Source of the DNA: Bacillota bacterium
GTDB lineage: Bacteria; Bacillota; DTU025
Direction: 5' to 3'
Assembly: GCA_050951805.1 (NCBI GenBank)
Contig: JBMNJT010000002.1
Span: 608,001 to 672,000 of the forward strand
Length of the DNA: 64,000 bases
Shown here: piece after piece, positions 1 to 10,900 of the stretch
Layout: each line of letters begins with the position of its first letter
How positions within the stretch are numbered: the stretch's first letter is position 1
The notes under the pieces: generated by a model
Told to the model about the DNA's origin: nothing
Database searches by the model: none
The model's input: only the letters and a program-made list of their open reading frames with translations
Position numbers and translations under genes: made by a program

Positions 1-89
1 GGTTTTCTGAGATGCCTATAATAAGTGTGGTCGTCTATTTGCAGGGATGGGGGGCAGTATCGTGGAAGATGTTGTGCCTAGGGGGAAGT

Positions 90-803
90 GTGAAGAAGCG
101 GTGCGCTTTATGGGGTAGGCTTATTATGGTTTGCCTGCTCGGCGTCGCGCTTATTATGTGCAATATGGCGTCGGCCAATGCTGCTCCTTCAGGCGAAGAG
201 ATCGCTGCAAAAGTGACAGAGAAGATCAAGGGAGTTGCCGCGCTTCAAGCGGATATCGCGTCAGAGTTTTCTGACCCTTCCAGTAAGTCTCCCACAAGAA
301 TGACGATCCGAGTATCGGGCGACAAGGGCAGCGGCATCACTCGGATGGAGATCACCCAGCATCCAGTCTTCGAAGGGCAGATCATCATTGTTGACGTGAA
401 GAAGGATTTGACGACCGTATACATGCCCGTCACAGGGCAGGCATACCGGGGCAAATCGGCTACTATGGCCACCCAGTTGGGGTTCGATGTAGGCGCCTTC
501 GATCTTGAAAAGCTTCTCTCATTGGATCTGTCAGCCATGGTAAAGTGCAGCTACCTGCGTCAGGAAAAGGTGGACAGGCTTCCACACTATGTGTTGGAGA
601 CGAGGGTGGTACAGAGCCCTCAAGAATATCAAATTGTCTGGGTTGACTGCGAGACATACACGATCAAAAGGGTAGAGGCTTACAATTCTCAGGGGAAAAG
701 GGTTGCAACGATAATCATCAATAACCTCAAACTCGACACAAAAATTGATTCGAACAAGCTCCGGGAACTCCCCAAGGGAACCCGGATTACTGAAATAAAG
801 TAG
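90..803 (+). CDS. Secreted LolA-fold (lipoprotein/lipid carrier-like) protein
   Basis: GTG at 90 after GGGGGA. Signal peptide ending ASANA. LolA-like layout with C-terminal 'QIVWVDCETYTIKRVEAYNSQGK...NLKLD' strand pattern. Confidence 0.65.
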   Translation: MKKRCALWGRLIMVCLLGVALIMCNMASANAAPSGEEIAAKVTEKIKGVAALQADIASEFSDPSSKSPTRMTIRVSGDKGSGITRMEITQHPVFEGQIIIVDVKKDLTTVYMPVTGQAYRGKSATMATQLGFDVGAFDLEKLLSLDLSAMVKCSYLRQEKVDRLPHYVLETRVVQSPQEYQIVWVDCETYTIKRVEAYNSQGKRVATIIINNLKLDTKIDSNKLRELPKGTRITEIK

Positions 804-831
804 CGATCCGGGTCCTATGGGGGGTAGTCTA

Positions 832-3800
832 GTGAATATCGTAGAACGTTCAGTCAATCGACCAGTAACGGTGGGTATCCTAGTAGCGGCATGCATTCTA
901 TTTGGCGTTCTCTCTCTGGACAGGATCGGTCTCGATCTTCTGCCCGACATAAATCTCCCGATGGCCGCGGTAGTTACGGTTTACCCCAATGCTGATCCTG
1001 AGACCGTTGAAAGCCTGGTGACCGCTCCAATCGAGCGGGCTTTAAGGTCTGTAAGGAACATAAAGGATGTTACATCCACTAGCATGGAGAACGTATCATT
1101 TTGCTTCTGCGAGTTTAACTGGGGGAGCGATCTTGGCGCCGCCCAGGAAGACATGCGGGTCAAGATTGATACGATGAAGCATGAATTGCCTGAAGGAACG
1201 CAGAGTCCCATCGTTACTCTGCTCGATCCGTCTCAGATCCCCATGATGATGGTAACTGTTGGCATGCCGGGTGATGTGGGCGATGTCACCCAAGCTACTA
1301 GAGAAGTGGTCAAGCCTGCCGTAGAGCGTGTTGGCGGGGTTGCCGGAGTCTCTATAAGCGGTGGGGCTGACCGGGTGATAAGCGTTGAATACGACCATGA
1401 GAAATTGGTGGAAAGTGGGCTCAGCCCGCTTCTGCTGCAGCAACTCATAACATATCAGAACTTGTCAATCCCGGCCGGCGTGGTAATAGACGATGGGGTA
1501 CGCTATCAGACCAGGGTGGGGGCTAAGTTTACATCTGCCGATGATATTGCCGATCTCGCCATTGGACTGAAAAAGCCAACTGAAAGCCCTGATGGTCTCG
1601 GAGGGTTCTTGGGTCTGTCTTTCTTCATGCCAACCTTCCTCACGGTCGGCGATGTCGCCAAAGTTGAGGAAACGTTTGAAAAGGCTGAAGGATATACGCG
1701 TGTGAATGGAAAGCCTGCTGTCATAATGATGATCTACAAGCAGTCGGGCGAGAATACGGTGACAGTGGCCAGGCAGGTGAGGGAGGCATTAGCCCAGCTC
1801 GGGCAGGAGCATCGGGCCATCGAGATAGGCTATGTGTTCGACCAGTCCACGTTTATTACGAGCTCTATAGACAGCCTTGCTGAAAACGCCGGTCTTGGGG
1901 CGGTTCTCGCTATCGCGATTTTGTTTCTGTTTTTGCGACACTTCGGGAGCACGCTCTTGGTAGCGATCTCCATTCCGCTTTCGATGATATTCGCGTTCGT
2001 GATGATGTACGCCTTTGATCTCACGGTAAACCTCCTCACCTTGGGTGGACTGGCTCTGGGTGTTGGAATGTTAGTGGATAACTCCATCGTTGTGTTGGAG
2101 AATATCTTTCGGCGGCAAGAACTGGGAGAGTCGCCGCGCGAGGCCGCGATTCAAGGCACAGCAGAGGTTTCGAGAGCTATTACGGCTTCTACTTTGACCA
2201 CGATTGCGGTCTTTCTTCCTGTTGTGTTCATCCAGAGCATGGCAGGGCACATTTTCAGAGATCTCGCCATGACGGTGACCTTTTCTTTGTTGGCGTCGCT
2301 CATAGTAGCCCTTACGGTCTTGCCATTGATGGCAAGTTCGTTCGTGCGCGTGTCCGATTCCTATATTGAACGCGCGAAACGGGATAGGAAGCGCAAGGAG
2401 TCTTTGGGTGGAATATACGATCGCATGCTCGATTGGGCGCTTGCGAAGAGATGGTGGGTGTTGGGCGCTATTGGGATCGCTCTCGTTGTGGCGCTCTTCG
2501 CTTTTCCCAGGCTTGGGACCGAATTCTTAGGGTCAATGGATATGGGAAGAGTCGATGTCGGACTTCATCTTCCTCCAGGGACTCCGGTAGAGGTTACTAA
2601 CGAGGTCTCGCTAAGAGTCGAGAACGAATTGATGAAGATTCCGGGGATCGAGAATGTCACTGCTGAAGTGGGTTCTTCCGGCAGCGGGGATTTTGTGGCC
2701 ATGGCTAGCGGCGGCAGCGCTAACCAAGCGTCGGTGGCGGTAAAGCTCTTACGTGAAGGAGAAACGATGACCTCGGTTGCAGAGGCTGGGGCCGAGATTA
2801 GGAAGATCCTCAGCGACATCAAATTGGACTACCCTGATCTCGAGTATTCAGTGGACACTTCGGGATATGGCGCTTTGACGGGTGGCAGTTCAGATTACCT
2901 GAGCAATAGTATAACGTTGGAGATAGCCGGGACAGATCCAAAGGAGATCTCGGATTACGCGGCCAGAATCGCCGAAAGATTGCGTAAAGAACCCGGATTC
3001 GTTGAGGTTGCTTCGTCGACAAAGGAAACCCAGCCTGTTATCTTGCTCGATGTAAACCGTACGAGGGCGCTCATGGGAGGGCTTACCGTGGGCCAGGTTG
3101 GGCTCGGGGTTCGCACCGGGATGTTCGGATCTACGGTGACATACGTGGAGCGAAATGGGGAGCTCATTCCCGTAATTGTGAGGCCGGCATCTGACGGAGT
3201 GCCTGATCTTGACAGTATTTTGAACATGCCGATTACGTCTTCGTTGAGCTCAGCAAGTTTGCTTGAGGGCGCGAGCGGGCTGGGAAGCAACGTTTCAGCA
3301 GCAGCCCGAACCAGTTCGAGTGCTATATCAACAATGCTGGCGCCATCCAACGAGGTTCTGGTGGGCAAGGTTGTGACGCCTGAGATAATTGATGGCCCGA
3401 TGACGATAAGCAGGCGCAATGGAAGGCGTTATGCCCTTGTGCAAATCGCGTTTGAAGGAATGAAGCTATCACAGGCGGGAAGCTTGGCTCTGTCTGCAGC
3501 CCACGAAGTGGAGGCGCCGGACGGCTGTTCTGTTGAACTTGCGGGCGTGAGCCGTGTCATAAACGAGGCATTCTCCGATTTGGGCCTCGCAGGCTGGCTC
3601 GCAGTGGTCCTTGTTTACATGGTGATGGCTATACAATATGAGTCTCTGCTTTATCCCTTGATAGTCATGTTTACGATGCCTTTGGCGGGTATAGGGGCCA
3701 TTGGATTCCTTGTCCTCACGGGCCAGAGCATCAGTATAACCTCGATCATTGGGCTGATAGTACTTGCTGGCATAGTGGTGAACAACGGCATTGTGTTGGT

Positions 3801-4101
3801 TGACTTCATCAACCAGCTCAAAGCGGAGGGAATGGCGACACGCGAAGCGGTTCGCGAGGCGGGCAGGGCGCGTCTGAGGCCGATCCTCATGACGGCGCTC
3901 ACCACGATCCTCGGCCTTGTGCCGCTGGCCATCGGTCATGGGGCAGGTTCTGAGCTTCAGCAGCCGATGGCCATAACGGTGATTGGCGGCCTTACAACCG
4001 CCACATTTCTGACGCTATTTGTGATCCCGATCGTTTACGAGCTAATGGATGAGCTTGCCCAGAGGCTGAGCCGCAAAGGGGGCACGGTAATTGAAGGATA
4101 G
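832..4101 (+). CDS. RND efflux permease, AcrB/SwrC-like
   Basis: ~1090 aa with two large extracytoplasmic loops. Motifs 'DLLPDI', 'GMLVDNSIVVLENI', 'GIVVNNGIVLVD', 'RLRPILMTALTT', 'QQPMAITVIGGL'. Confidence 0.95.
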   Translation: MNIVERSVNRPVTVGILVAACILFGVLSLDRIGLDLLPDINLPMAAVVTVYPNADPETVESLVTAPIERALRSVRNIKDVTSTSMENVSFCFCEFNWGSDLGAAQEDMRVKIDTMKHELPEGTQSPIVTLLDPSQIPMMMVTVGMPGDVGDVTQATREVVKPAVERVGGVAGVSISGGADRVISVEYDHEKLVESGLSPLLLQQLITYQNLSIPAGVVIDDGVRYQTRVGAKFTSADDIADLAIGLKKPTESPDGLGGFLGLSFFMPTFLTVGDVAKVEETFEKAEGYTRVNGKPAVIMMIYKQSGENTVTVARQVREALAQLGQEHRAIEIGYVFDQSTFITSSIDSLAENAGLGAVLAIAILFLFLRHFGSTLLVAISIPLSMIFAFVMMYAFDLTVNLLTLGGLALGVGMLVDNSIVVLENIFRRQELGESPREAAIQGTAEVSRAITASTLTTIAVFLPVVFIQSMAGHIFRDLAMTVTFSLLASLIVALTVLPLMASSFVRVSDSYIERAKRDRKRKESLGGIYDRMLDWALAKRWWVLGAIGIALVVALFAFPRLGTEFLGSMDMGRVDVGLHLPPGTPVEVTNEVSLRVENELMKIPGIENVTAEVGSSGSGDFVAMASGGSANQASVAVKLLREGETMTSVAEAGAEIRKILSDIKLDYPDLEYSVDTSGYGALTGGSSDYLSNSITLEIAGTDPKEISDYAARIAERLRKEPGFVEVASSTKETQPVILLDVNRTRALMGGLTVGQVGLGVRTGMFGSTVTYVERNGELIPVIVRPASDGVPDLDSILNMPITSSLSSASLLEGASGLGSNVSAAARTSSSAISTMLAPSNEVLVGKVVTPEIIDGPMTISRRNGRRYALVQIAFEGMKLSQAGSLALSAAHEVEAPDGCSVELAGVSRVINEAFSDLGLAGWLAVVLVYMVMAIQYESLLYPLIVMFTMPLAGIGAIGFLVLTGQSISITSIIGLIVLAGIVVNNGIVLVDFINQLKAEGMATREAVREAGRARLRPILMTALTTILGLVPLAIGHGAGSELQQPMAITVIGGLTTATFLTLFVIPIVYELMDELAQRLSRKGGTVIEG

Positions 4102-5146
4102 CAAGAAGTGGACCGTCGCTGCGCTGCTTGTTACTGTATTTTTGTTTAGCTCTTCGGTGGCGAACGCGGCTTCAATCACTGTTGTAGAGGGGACCCCTGT
4201 TTTCTTCGGGGGGTTGTCAGTTATGCATTCTGAAGACGGCCCGCTCAATCTCGAGCTAAACTGGCTTGGAATTGCGTCCGACCTCGATTGGGAAGGCGCT
4301 ACACTGCGAATAGGCGGGGCTATCTGTCCGAGTTCGCCTGCATTTAGTGAAGGATCGGCCGCCTACACCTTTGGCGTGGGAGCCGAGATGGCTAGGGTTT
4401 TCAGCCTTATGGCTGCAGCCGAAGGCTCGGTTATGGCATATCTTCAGGATTGTGGGGATGGGCCAGTGATGGCGTTGGTCGGCCAGGCAACGGGGTCCAC
4501 GGCTCGAATAGGATTGAGAACGAATTTCGGCGTGGTGCCCAGCGGATTTGACGAGCAGCCCGCTCGTCTAATCGGGCAGAGTGACTGGAGTGATGAGCCT
4601 GGAAGGGATCTGACAGGTAGGGGCTGGATAGACGTGGTTGGAGCCCTTCAAAGCTCGCGAACGAGAGCTGACTCCTGGAAAATTGGATATATGAGGGAGC
4701 TTGGCGAATCCGATTGGCGAACAGATATCGGGTACATTGCGAGATACAGCCCGGAGGATCTTGGCGTTGCGATAAAATTCTACTCCGGTCTGGCTTTTGG
4801 CGAACCTCGAGTGATGCTCCTGTCGAAGCTGACATTGAGGGCCGACGTGACGGACAGTTCAGGGGCGGAGATCGACCTTGTTGTACAGGGCGGGGGAGGC
4901 TCCGAATATGCTTGGGTTTCCGGGACGGGTTGGCTTTCGCTTGGCGACCGGGCTGATCTGAAACTGAGGATTTGCGCTCCGATCATGAGTGAGCATGAGT
5001 ACGACGGGCCAGAGCTTTTTGAGCCGATAGACTGGGCGGCTTTCGCTGTAGGCTTGGATTTTAACGAGGGCATCATCTCCAGTGTGACCGCGAGATACGA
5101 TCTGCGAACCAAGGCGATCGGCCTGGAGCTTGCATCGAGATTCTGA
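4091..5146 (+). CDS. Hypothetical secreted protein, probable outer-membrane beta-barrel
   Basis: Overlaps the RND stop. Signal peptide ending VANA. Amphipathic Gly/aromatic strands and C-terminal Phe ('TARYDLRTKAIGLELASRF'). Confidence 0.55.
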   Translation: MKDSKKWTVAALLVTVFLFSSSVANAASITVVEGTPVFFGGLSVMHSEDGPLNLELNWLGIASDLDWEGATLRIGGAICPSSPAFSEGSAAYTFGVGAEMARVFSLMAAAEGSVMAYLQDCGDGPVMALVGQATGSTARIGLRTNFGVVPSGFDEQPARLIGQSDWSDEPGRDLTGRGWIDVVGALQSSRTRADSWKIGYMRELGESDWRTDIGYIARYSPEDLGVAIKFYSGLAFGEPRVMLLSKLTLRADVTDSSGAEIDLVVQGGGGSEYAWVSGTGWLSLGDRADLKLRICAPIMSEHEYDGPELFEPIDWAAFAVGLDFNEGIISSVTARYDLRTKAIGLELASRF

Positions 5147-5337
5147 GCTAGAGGCTGACAAGGCTGGCAATCAATGGGATGCCTGGCTTGCCAGTGGGCA
5201 GCTCGATTCCGTTTCATCTTGGCGATGCAAAATCATGGCCGCCGAATTACAAACGTGTAGTGTGGCCCTGGGACCGGCGAGGCAGAGTTGCTCTTCGGGG
5301 TCCCGGGGTCAAGAATTACAGACGGGGGATTCTAAGC

Positions 5338-6900
5338 ATGACGGAGAGATCAGAAAGCGACGACGTAGCCATTAGTTTAGATATATCATGTTGCGGGGGA
5401 CCTGCCGTAGATGACCTGGCATGGGATAGCGGCAATAGGAACGGGTGTGATAGGGGCGCAGTGAGCGAAGTTGGGTCATGCGAGATGAAGGATGATTCGG
5501 TTCAGGAATCGGGGGGCGCATCCCAGGGGATATTTTCCGGAGTCGACTTAGACGAGATGATGTCGCATCCATCTGCTATGCGCAAATCGATCTTGGCCCT
5601 TGCGTGGCCCGTAGTGACCGAGCTTGTTCTGCAGACGGTTACCCAGATGGCGGACATGATCATGGTTGGCAGGCTGGGTTCCCAATGCGTTGCCGCTGTA
5701 GGTCTTTCAAATCAGCCGTTTAACATAATTCAGGGGTGTTTTATGGGCATCGGAGTCGGCACTACGGCCCTAGTGGCGCGGTTTATGGGAGCGGGAGACG
5801 AGGGCCGCGCTGACCGCGTTACCGCTCAATCGTTGGCTATCGGGAGCATTCTTGCAGCGGTCTTTGCCGTGTTCGGCTACTATTTCACTCCCAACTTTGT
5901 TCGCTTTATGAAGGCAGGCCCTGATGTGGTCCCTTATGCCGAAAGCTACATGCGCGTTCTCATGCCGGGGCTATTCATGCTTGTCATAAATATGATAGCT
6001 TCATCTGCCCTTCGAGGCGCCGGTGATACGCGGTACCCCATGAGGGTCAATATTGTCCTCAATCTTGCCAATATTGTGGGGAATTACATACTCATATACG
6101 GGAAGTTCGGCGCCCCTGCTCTTGGCGTCACAGGTGCAGCTTTGTCTACTACAATCGCACGAACGATCGGAACTGCAATGCTTCTTTGGCATCTGTTTTC
6201 GGGAAAAGGCAGAATCTCTGTGCGCACTCAGGGTGAGCGTTTTCGGTTCGACCCGGTGCTTATCCGCAGGGTCTTTGCCGTGGGTTTGCCGGCCTCCCTT
6301 GAACGTGTCAGCTTGAGTCTGGGAATATCCTTCTATGTCAGGATAGTCTCTGCTCTGGGCACTGCGGCCTACGCAGCGCACGCGATTGCTATTAATGCCG
6401 AGGGGATCTCTTACATGCCCGGTTTTGCCTTTGCGGTGGCAGCCACCACAATGGTTGGCCAGGCGCTTGGGGCGGATAGGCCCGATGTGGCTGAACGGGC
6501 AGGCATCGAGTCATGGAAGATGAGCGCGACTATAATGGGTCTCATGGGCGTGGTCCTATTCTGCTTTCCCGACGCCCTGATGAGGCTGTACGGGGACGAC
6601 CTGGAAATCATCAGTATGGGCGCAGAGGTCCTGCGTATCATGGCCGTAGCTCAAGTGCCAATGGCCACTTCCTATGTCTTTGTGGGCGCCCTTCGCGGGG
6701 CTGGAGATACGAGAGCTGTTCTGATTTTCACTATGGCGTGCGTTTGGGGAGTGCGTTTCTGCCTCGCATGGCTGTTTGTGAATGTATTTGGCTGGGGCCT
6801 TGCAGGCGCTTGGTATGCAATGGCTATTGACTGGGTGGCTCGGGGCACAATAGCCGCTCTGCGCTTTAGGAGCGGCCATTGGAAACAGATGCGCATTTGA
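5338..6900 (+). CDS. MATE family efflux transporter
   Basis: 'LALAWPV', 'ADMIMVGRLG', two 'LRGAGDTR' repeats, 'GLAGAWYA', 'RFRSGHW'. Start uncertain because of a long polar N-terminal extension. Confidence 0.93.
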   Translation: MTERSESDDVAISLDISCCGGPAVDDLAWDSGNRNGCDRGAVSEVGSCEMKDDSVQESGGASQGIFSGVDLDEMMSHPSAMRKSILALAWPVVTELVLQTVTQMADMIMVGRLGSQCVAAVGLSNQPFNIIQGCFMGIGVGTTALVARFMGAGDEGRADRVTAQSLAIGSILAAVFAVFGYYFTPNFVRFMKAGPDVVPYAESYMRVLMPGLFMLVINMIASSALRGAGDTRYPMRVNIVLNLANIVGNYILIYGKFGAPALGVTGAALSTTIARTIGTAMLLWHLFSGKGRISVRTQGERFRFDPVLIRRVFAVGLPASLERVSLSLGISFYVRIVSALGTAAYAAHAIAINAEGISYMPGFAFAVAATTMVGQALGADRPDVAERAGIESWKMSATIMGLMGVVLFCFPDALMRLYGDDLEIISMGAEVLRIMAVAQVPMATSYVFVGALRGAGDTRAVLIFTMACVWGVRFCLAWLFVNVFGWGLAGAWYAMAIDWVARGTIAALRFRSGHWKQMRI

Positions 6901-6929
6901 TCGATGATTTGAGAGATGGGGCGGTCAAT

Positions 6930-7349
6930 GTGAGGGTTAATTCTAAAGCGGCAACGAGGTATACCGTCTTGCTTCTCGTGATAATAGGAATTCTCATAGC
7001 AGCGCTGGTGTTCTCCAATGAAATGACTGATTTGCAGCTAATCGAGGGATGGCAGTTGGCGGCCCTTGAAGGCATGGTTTATCTTACAGCCTGCTATAAC
7101 TGGGATCGCAAGGCCGACGTTTTGGCTGTCTTCATCCGAGCGCTCGCCATGATGGCGGCTAGGGCAGGGCTTGCAGCAATCGTTGCCTTCGGGATCGGGC
7201 GATGGTGGGCTCTTGGATCTTACACGGAGGCATTTGCTCAAGCCATTCACGCTTCTCAGCCCGCTGTGACAGCGCAGATTGCGTATATAGTTCTTCTCTT
7301 TGCCTGGCCGTTCAGAGTCATGCGCAAGCCAGACTGGAACATCTGGTAG
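6930..7349 (+). CDS. Hypothetical membrane protein (~4 TM)
   Basis: Hydrophobic 139-aa ORF directly after MATE, GTG start after GGGGCGG. Confidence 0.55.
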   Translation: MRVNSKAATRYTVLLLVIIGILIAALVFSNEMTDLQLIEGWQLAALEGMVYLTACYNWDRKADVLAVFIRALAMMAARAGLAAIVAFGIGRWWALGSYTEAFAQAIHASQPAVTAQIAYIVLLFAWPFRVMRKPDWNIW

Positions 7350-7933
7350 CATGTGGTCTGTGTTTCTGATTACTGGCGATCATGGCGTGTGATGAATGGC
7401 GGGCTTTGGCTCATCTGGATCCGCTGCAAGGCTGGGTGGGGATGATGGGGGAGATGGGACCAGGTTGCGCAAACGCGTCGCTTGGGGTAACCGTTGAATA
7501 CGACGTTGACGTGATCTCATGGCGCGTGTGGGCTTAGGGCTTTTGGGGCGATGCGTGTCACAGCTGCCTCCTGACAAGTTTGATCTGTTTTTTGGGGATT
7601 GCTTCACTCTAGTCAATATCTTCTGTCATCTACACTGATATCATTTTCCCGATAGTCTTCAGGTGTACGCTCCTTGCCTTGCTTGCCTAAAAGTGCAGGA
7701 AGGCAAAGGTATCCTTGCTAATTATCGATATAATGGAATACAAAACGAGATATGAGAAGATGTGAAGAACATGGAAGGGGAAAAGGCTATGTGTGACGAA
7801 TAGAAGGATAAGTTGAGCGGAGTAGACTCTATTTTTGCACACTTTGGAGGTGGTAAGGGCTGATTATGCCATGATTTATTTCCAATAGGAATCAAGTGAC
7901 GGAACTTAAACATTTGACGAGGGGGGAACACAT

Positions 7934-10900
7934 GTGTCGAGATCCTCTATTTGGAGGCGCGGCGCAATTGTTGCGATCATCGCAGTCATGCTCGCAGGTT
8001 TTGCTGCAAGCGCAGCGCCGAACCTGCCGGCTATCCCCAAAACCCCTATGGGTTCAGAAGAGTTCGTACCCGTCAGTAGGGGATACAGAGAGCCAGAATA
8101 TATCGACGGCGAGATTATCGTGCAGCTCAAACCGATGCTTACAGTATCCAGCGCGGTTGGTATGGAAGCTGCTGTTGAAGGATTTCACCTGCTCAATGTC
8201 GAGCTTGGGGCCGAGATAGTAGAATCGATGAGCGTTGGCCACGATGCTGAGCTGTTCCTGGTGCGAATTCCAGCCAGCATGAGCGTGGATGAGGCTGTTT
8301 TGACATATCAATCGAAGAAGTTTGTCGAACACGCCGAGCCAAACTATCTCTGGTACCCAGAGGCTCCGGTTTTCCCGAATGACCCTCACTTTGTGCGAAC
8401 CTGGGGTATGCACAACATAGGACAGGATTTTTCTCCTGGCCTGTTTTGGGAGAAGGGCATTCCCGGAGCCGACATCGGCGCGCCTGAAGCGTGGGGCGTG
8501 CGCACCGACGCATCTTCAGTTATAGTGGCCGTCATTGACACGGGTATAGATATCAATCACCCGGACCTTGTGAACAACATCTGGGTCAATGAGGTCGAAC
8601 TTGACGGAGTGGATGGAGTCGATGATGATGGCAATGGCTACATCGACGACATCTACGGATGGGACTTTGCCAACAACGATAACAGTGTATTTGATGATGC
8701 GGTAGCTGATCGCCATGGGACACACTGTGCAGGCACGATCGGCGCTAAGGGCAACAACGGTCGTGGGGTTGCCGGTGTGGCCTGGGATGCTCAGATCATG
8801 TCGTGCAAGTTCATTCACGGTCAGAGCGGATCAACGTGGAATGCGATCAAGGCGATTGAGTATGCTTCGATGATGGGTGCCAGGATCGCAAGCAATTCTT
8901 GGGGCGGTGGTGGGAAGAGCGAGTTCTTGGAGAAAGCTATTGCAGATTCAGGCATGTTGTTCGTCGCTGCTGCAGGAAATGCGGGCGTGGACAACGACAT
9001 CATTCCACATTACCCATCTTCTTACGATCTGCCAAATGTTATCGCTGTGGCTGCATCTGACTGGAACGATAACCTAGCTAGTTTCTCCTGCTATGGCGCA
9101 GAGAGTGTAGACTTGGCAGCTCCTGGCTATTGGATTCTCTCTGCATATGCGGGCAGCACTGGATATGTATGGATGGGCGGCACGTCCATGGCCACTCCGC
9201 ATGTAAGCGGCGCGGCTGCGTTAGTAGCAGCGGAGTATCCAGAGATGCCGCTGTATCCCGGAGCGGAGGGGTGGAGCGAGGGTCAACTCACAGTCAAGGA
9301 TGTCCTGCTCTTGTCGGTAGACAGGGGCCCAGCTTTTGCAGGCCGGATGACTTCTGGAGGCAGGCTGAACGTGGGCAACGCCATCAAAATGGCATTCCCC
9401 GCCGTGATCGAGTCCGCGGCGGCGGATGTCACGTTCGGGTCAGGTCCGCTGGCGGTCAACTTCTCGGCTCAGGTCGAGAATTCAGTCGCAGTGGCCCAGT
9501 GCTGGTGGTCGTTTGGCGACGGCTCGGCTCCTGTGTACTCCTACGACGCGTCACATACCTACACCGAGGAAGGCGTTTATCTGGCATGGTTTAATGTTCG
9601 GAGTCATGCCGGCATAGAGTCGAAATGGCCGGTGCAGGTTGTTGTGGCGAATCCAGGAACCATTGTGTACATCGATGACGATGGAGGGTTCCCTTTTGAG
9701 AACTTCTTCTTGGCTGCGTGTGAGACAGCTGGGCTTGACTGTGTGGTCGTCGACTCCAGGTATCCGCTGGGCCTTCCCGACGACTTCAATGATAGGTTGT
9801 TGGTGTGGAATACTGCTTTCTCATGGAGCGATACGCTCCTACCGGATCAAGAAGAATTCTTGGCCAGATTCCTGGACAATGGCGGCAGGCTTCTGATGAT
9901 ATCTCCCGATTATTTGTATGACATGGGAGACCTGACGCCCTTTGCCGAGCAGTATCTGCACGTATGGGACTATGCAGACAACATTCCGATGGGACAGTGG
10001 GACGGCATTGCCGGAGATCCGATCACCGACGGCATGTCGATTACGGGAGAACTAGGCATGGAGCTTGAGGATGCCCTCTGGCCCGATCTCAACGCTAGGC
10101 CCATTTTCGAGGGCGAGTTTGTGAGTTACACGCTATGGCCTGCGCTAAGATACGCTGATGAAACCTACCGGGTGGTATTCACCACTGTGCCGTGGGAAGA
10201 GCTCCCCATGGTCTATGAGGATGAAGAGGGCAACGTGGTTAACCCTGATCCCAACAACTCGGCGTACTTTCTCACCAAGGTCTACGACTACCTGATGCGT
10301 GAGATAAACACCCCGCCCACAATCGACAAGGTCGAGGCAAGCACCTACTTTGCGGAAGTGGGCGAAAAGATAGCGTTCACGGCCAAAGCTCATGACGTCG
10401 ATGGGGATGCCCTCATGTACAGCTGGGAGTTTTACAGCATTGAGGATCCCATGAGGGGCCAGACAATCCAGGTAGCTTTCGATGAACCCGGCGTGTACGA
10501 AGGCATTCTGATGGTGGAGGATGACCGGGGCGAATCGACAAGGTTGCCCATCGTCGTTGTGGTTGTCAATCCAGGTGCGGTGCTGTTCGTAGATGACGAC
10601 GATTCAGATGGTGACACCGAGAGCTATTTCTTCGACGCTTTCGACACCATCGAACAGGAATACTTGGCAATCACTCCCGACCTCGCAATAGGGGAGAGCG
10701 GCGCGAAGGCCGGGCTTGAGCGTTTCAATGTGGTATGGAACTGCGGCGAACTCGGTGGCCTGAACGAACTGGAACAGATGGCGGTTGCTGATTTCCTCGA
10801 TAAGGGCGGCTCGCTGTTCCTCGCTGGTCAGGAAGTCATGTTCGAGTTGGCGTACGGATCTTCGAACGGCATGAAGTTCGCCCGGGATTATCTGCACGTG

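Noticed and set aside
7773-7803. SigH-like promoter / Spo0A box (AGGG-N18-GAAT, TGACGAA) upstream of the subtilase
   Set aside because: Short degenerate match expected by chance; cannot be supported without TSS data.
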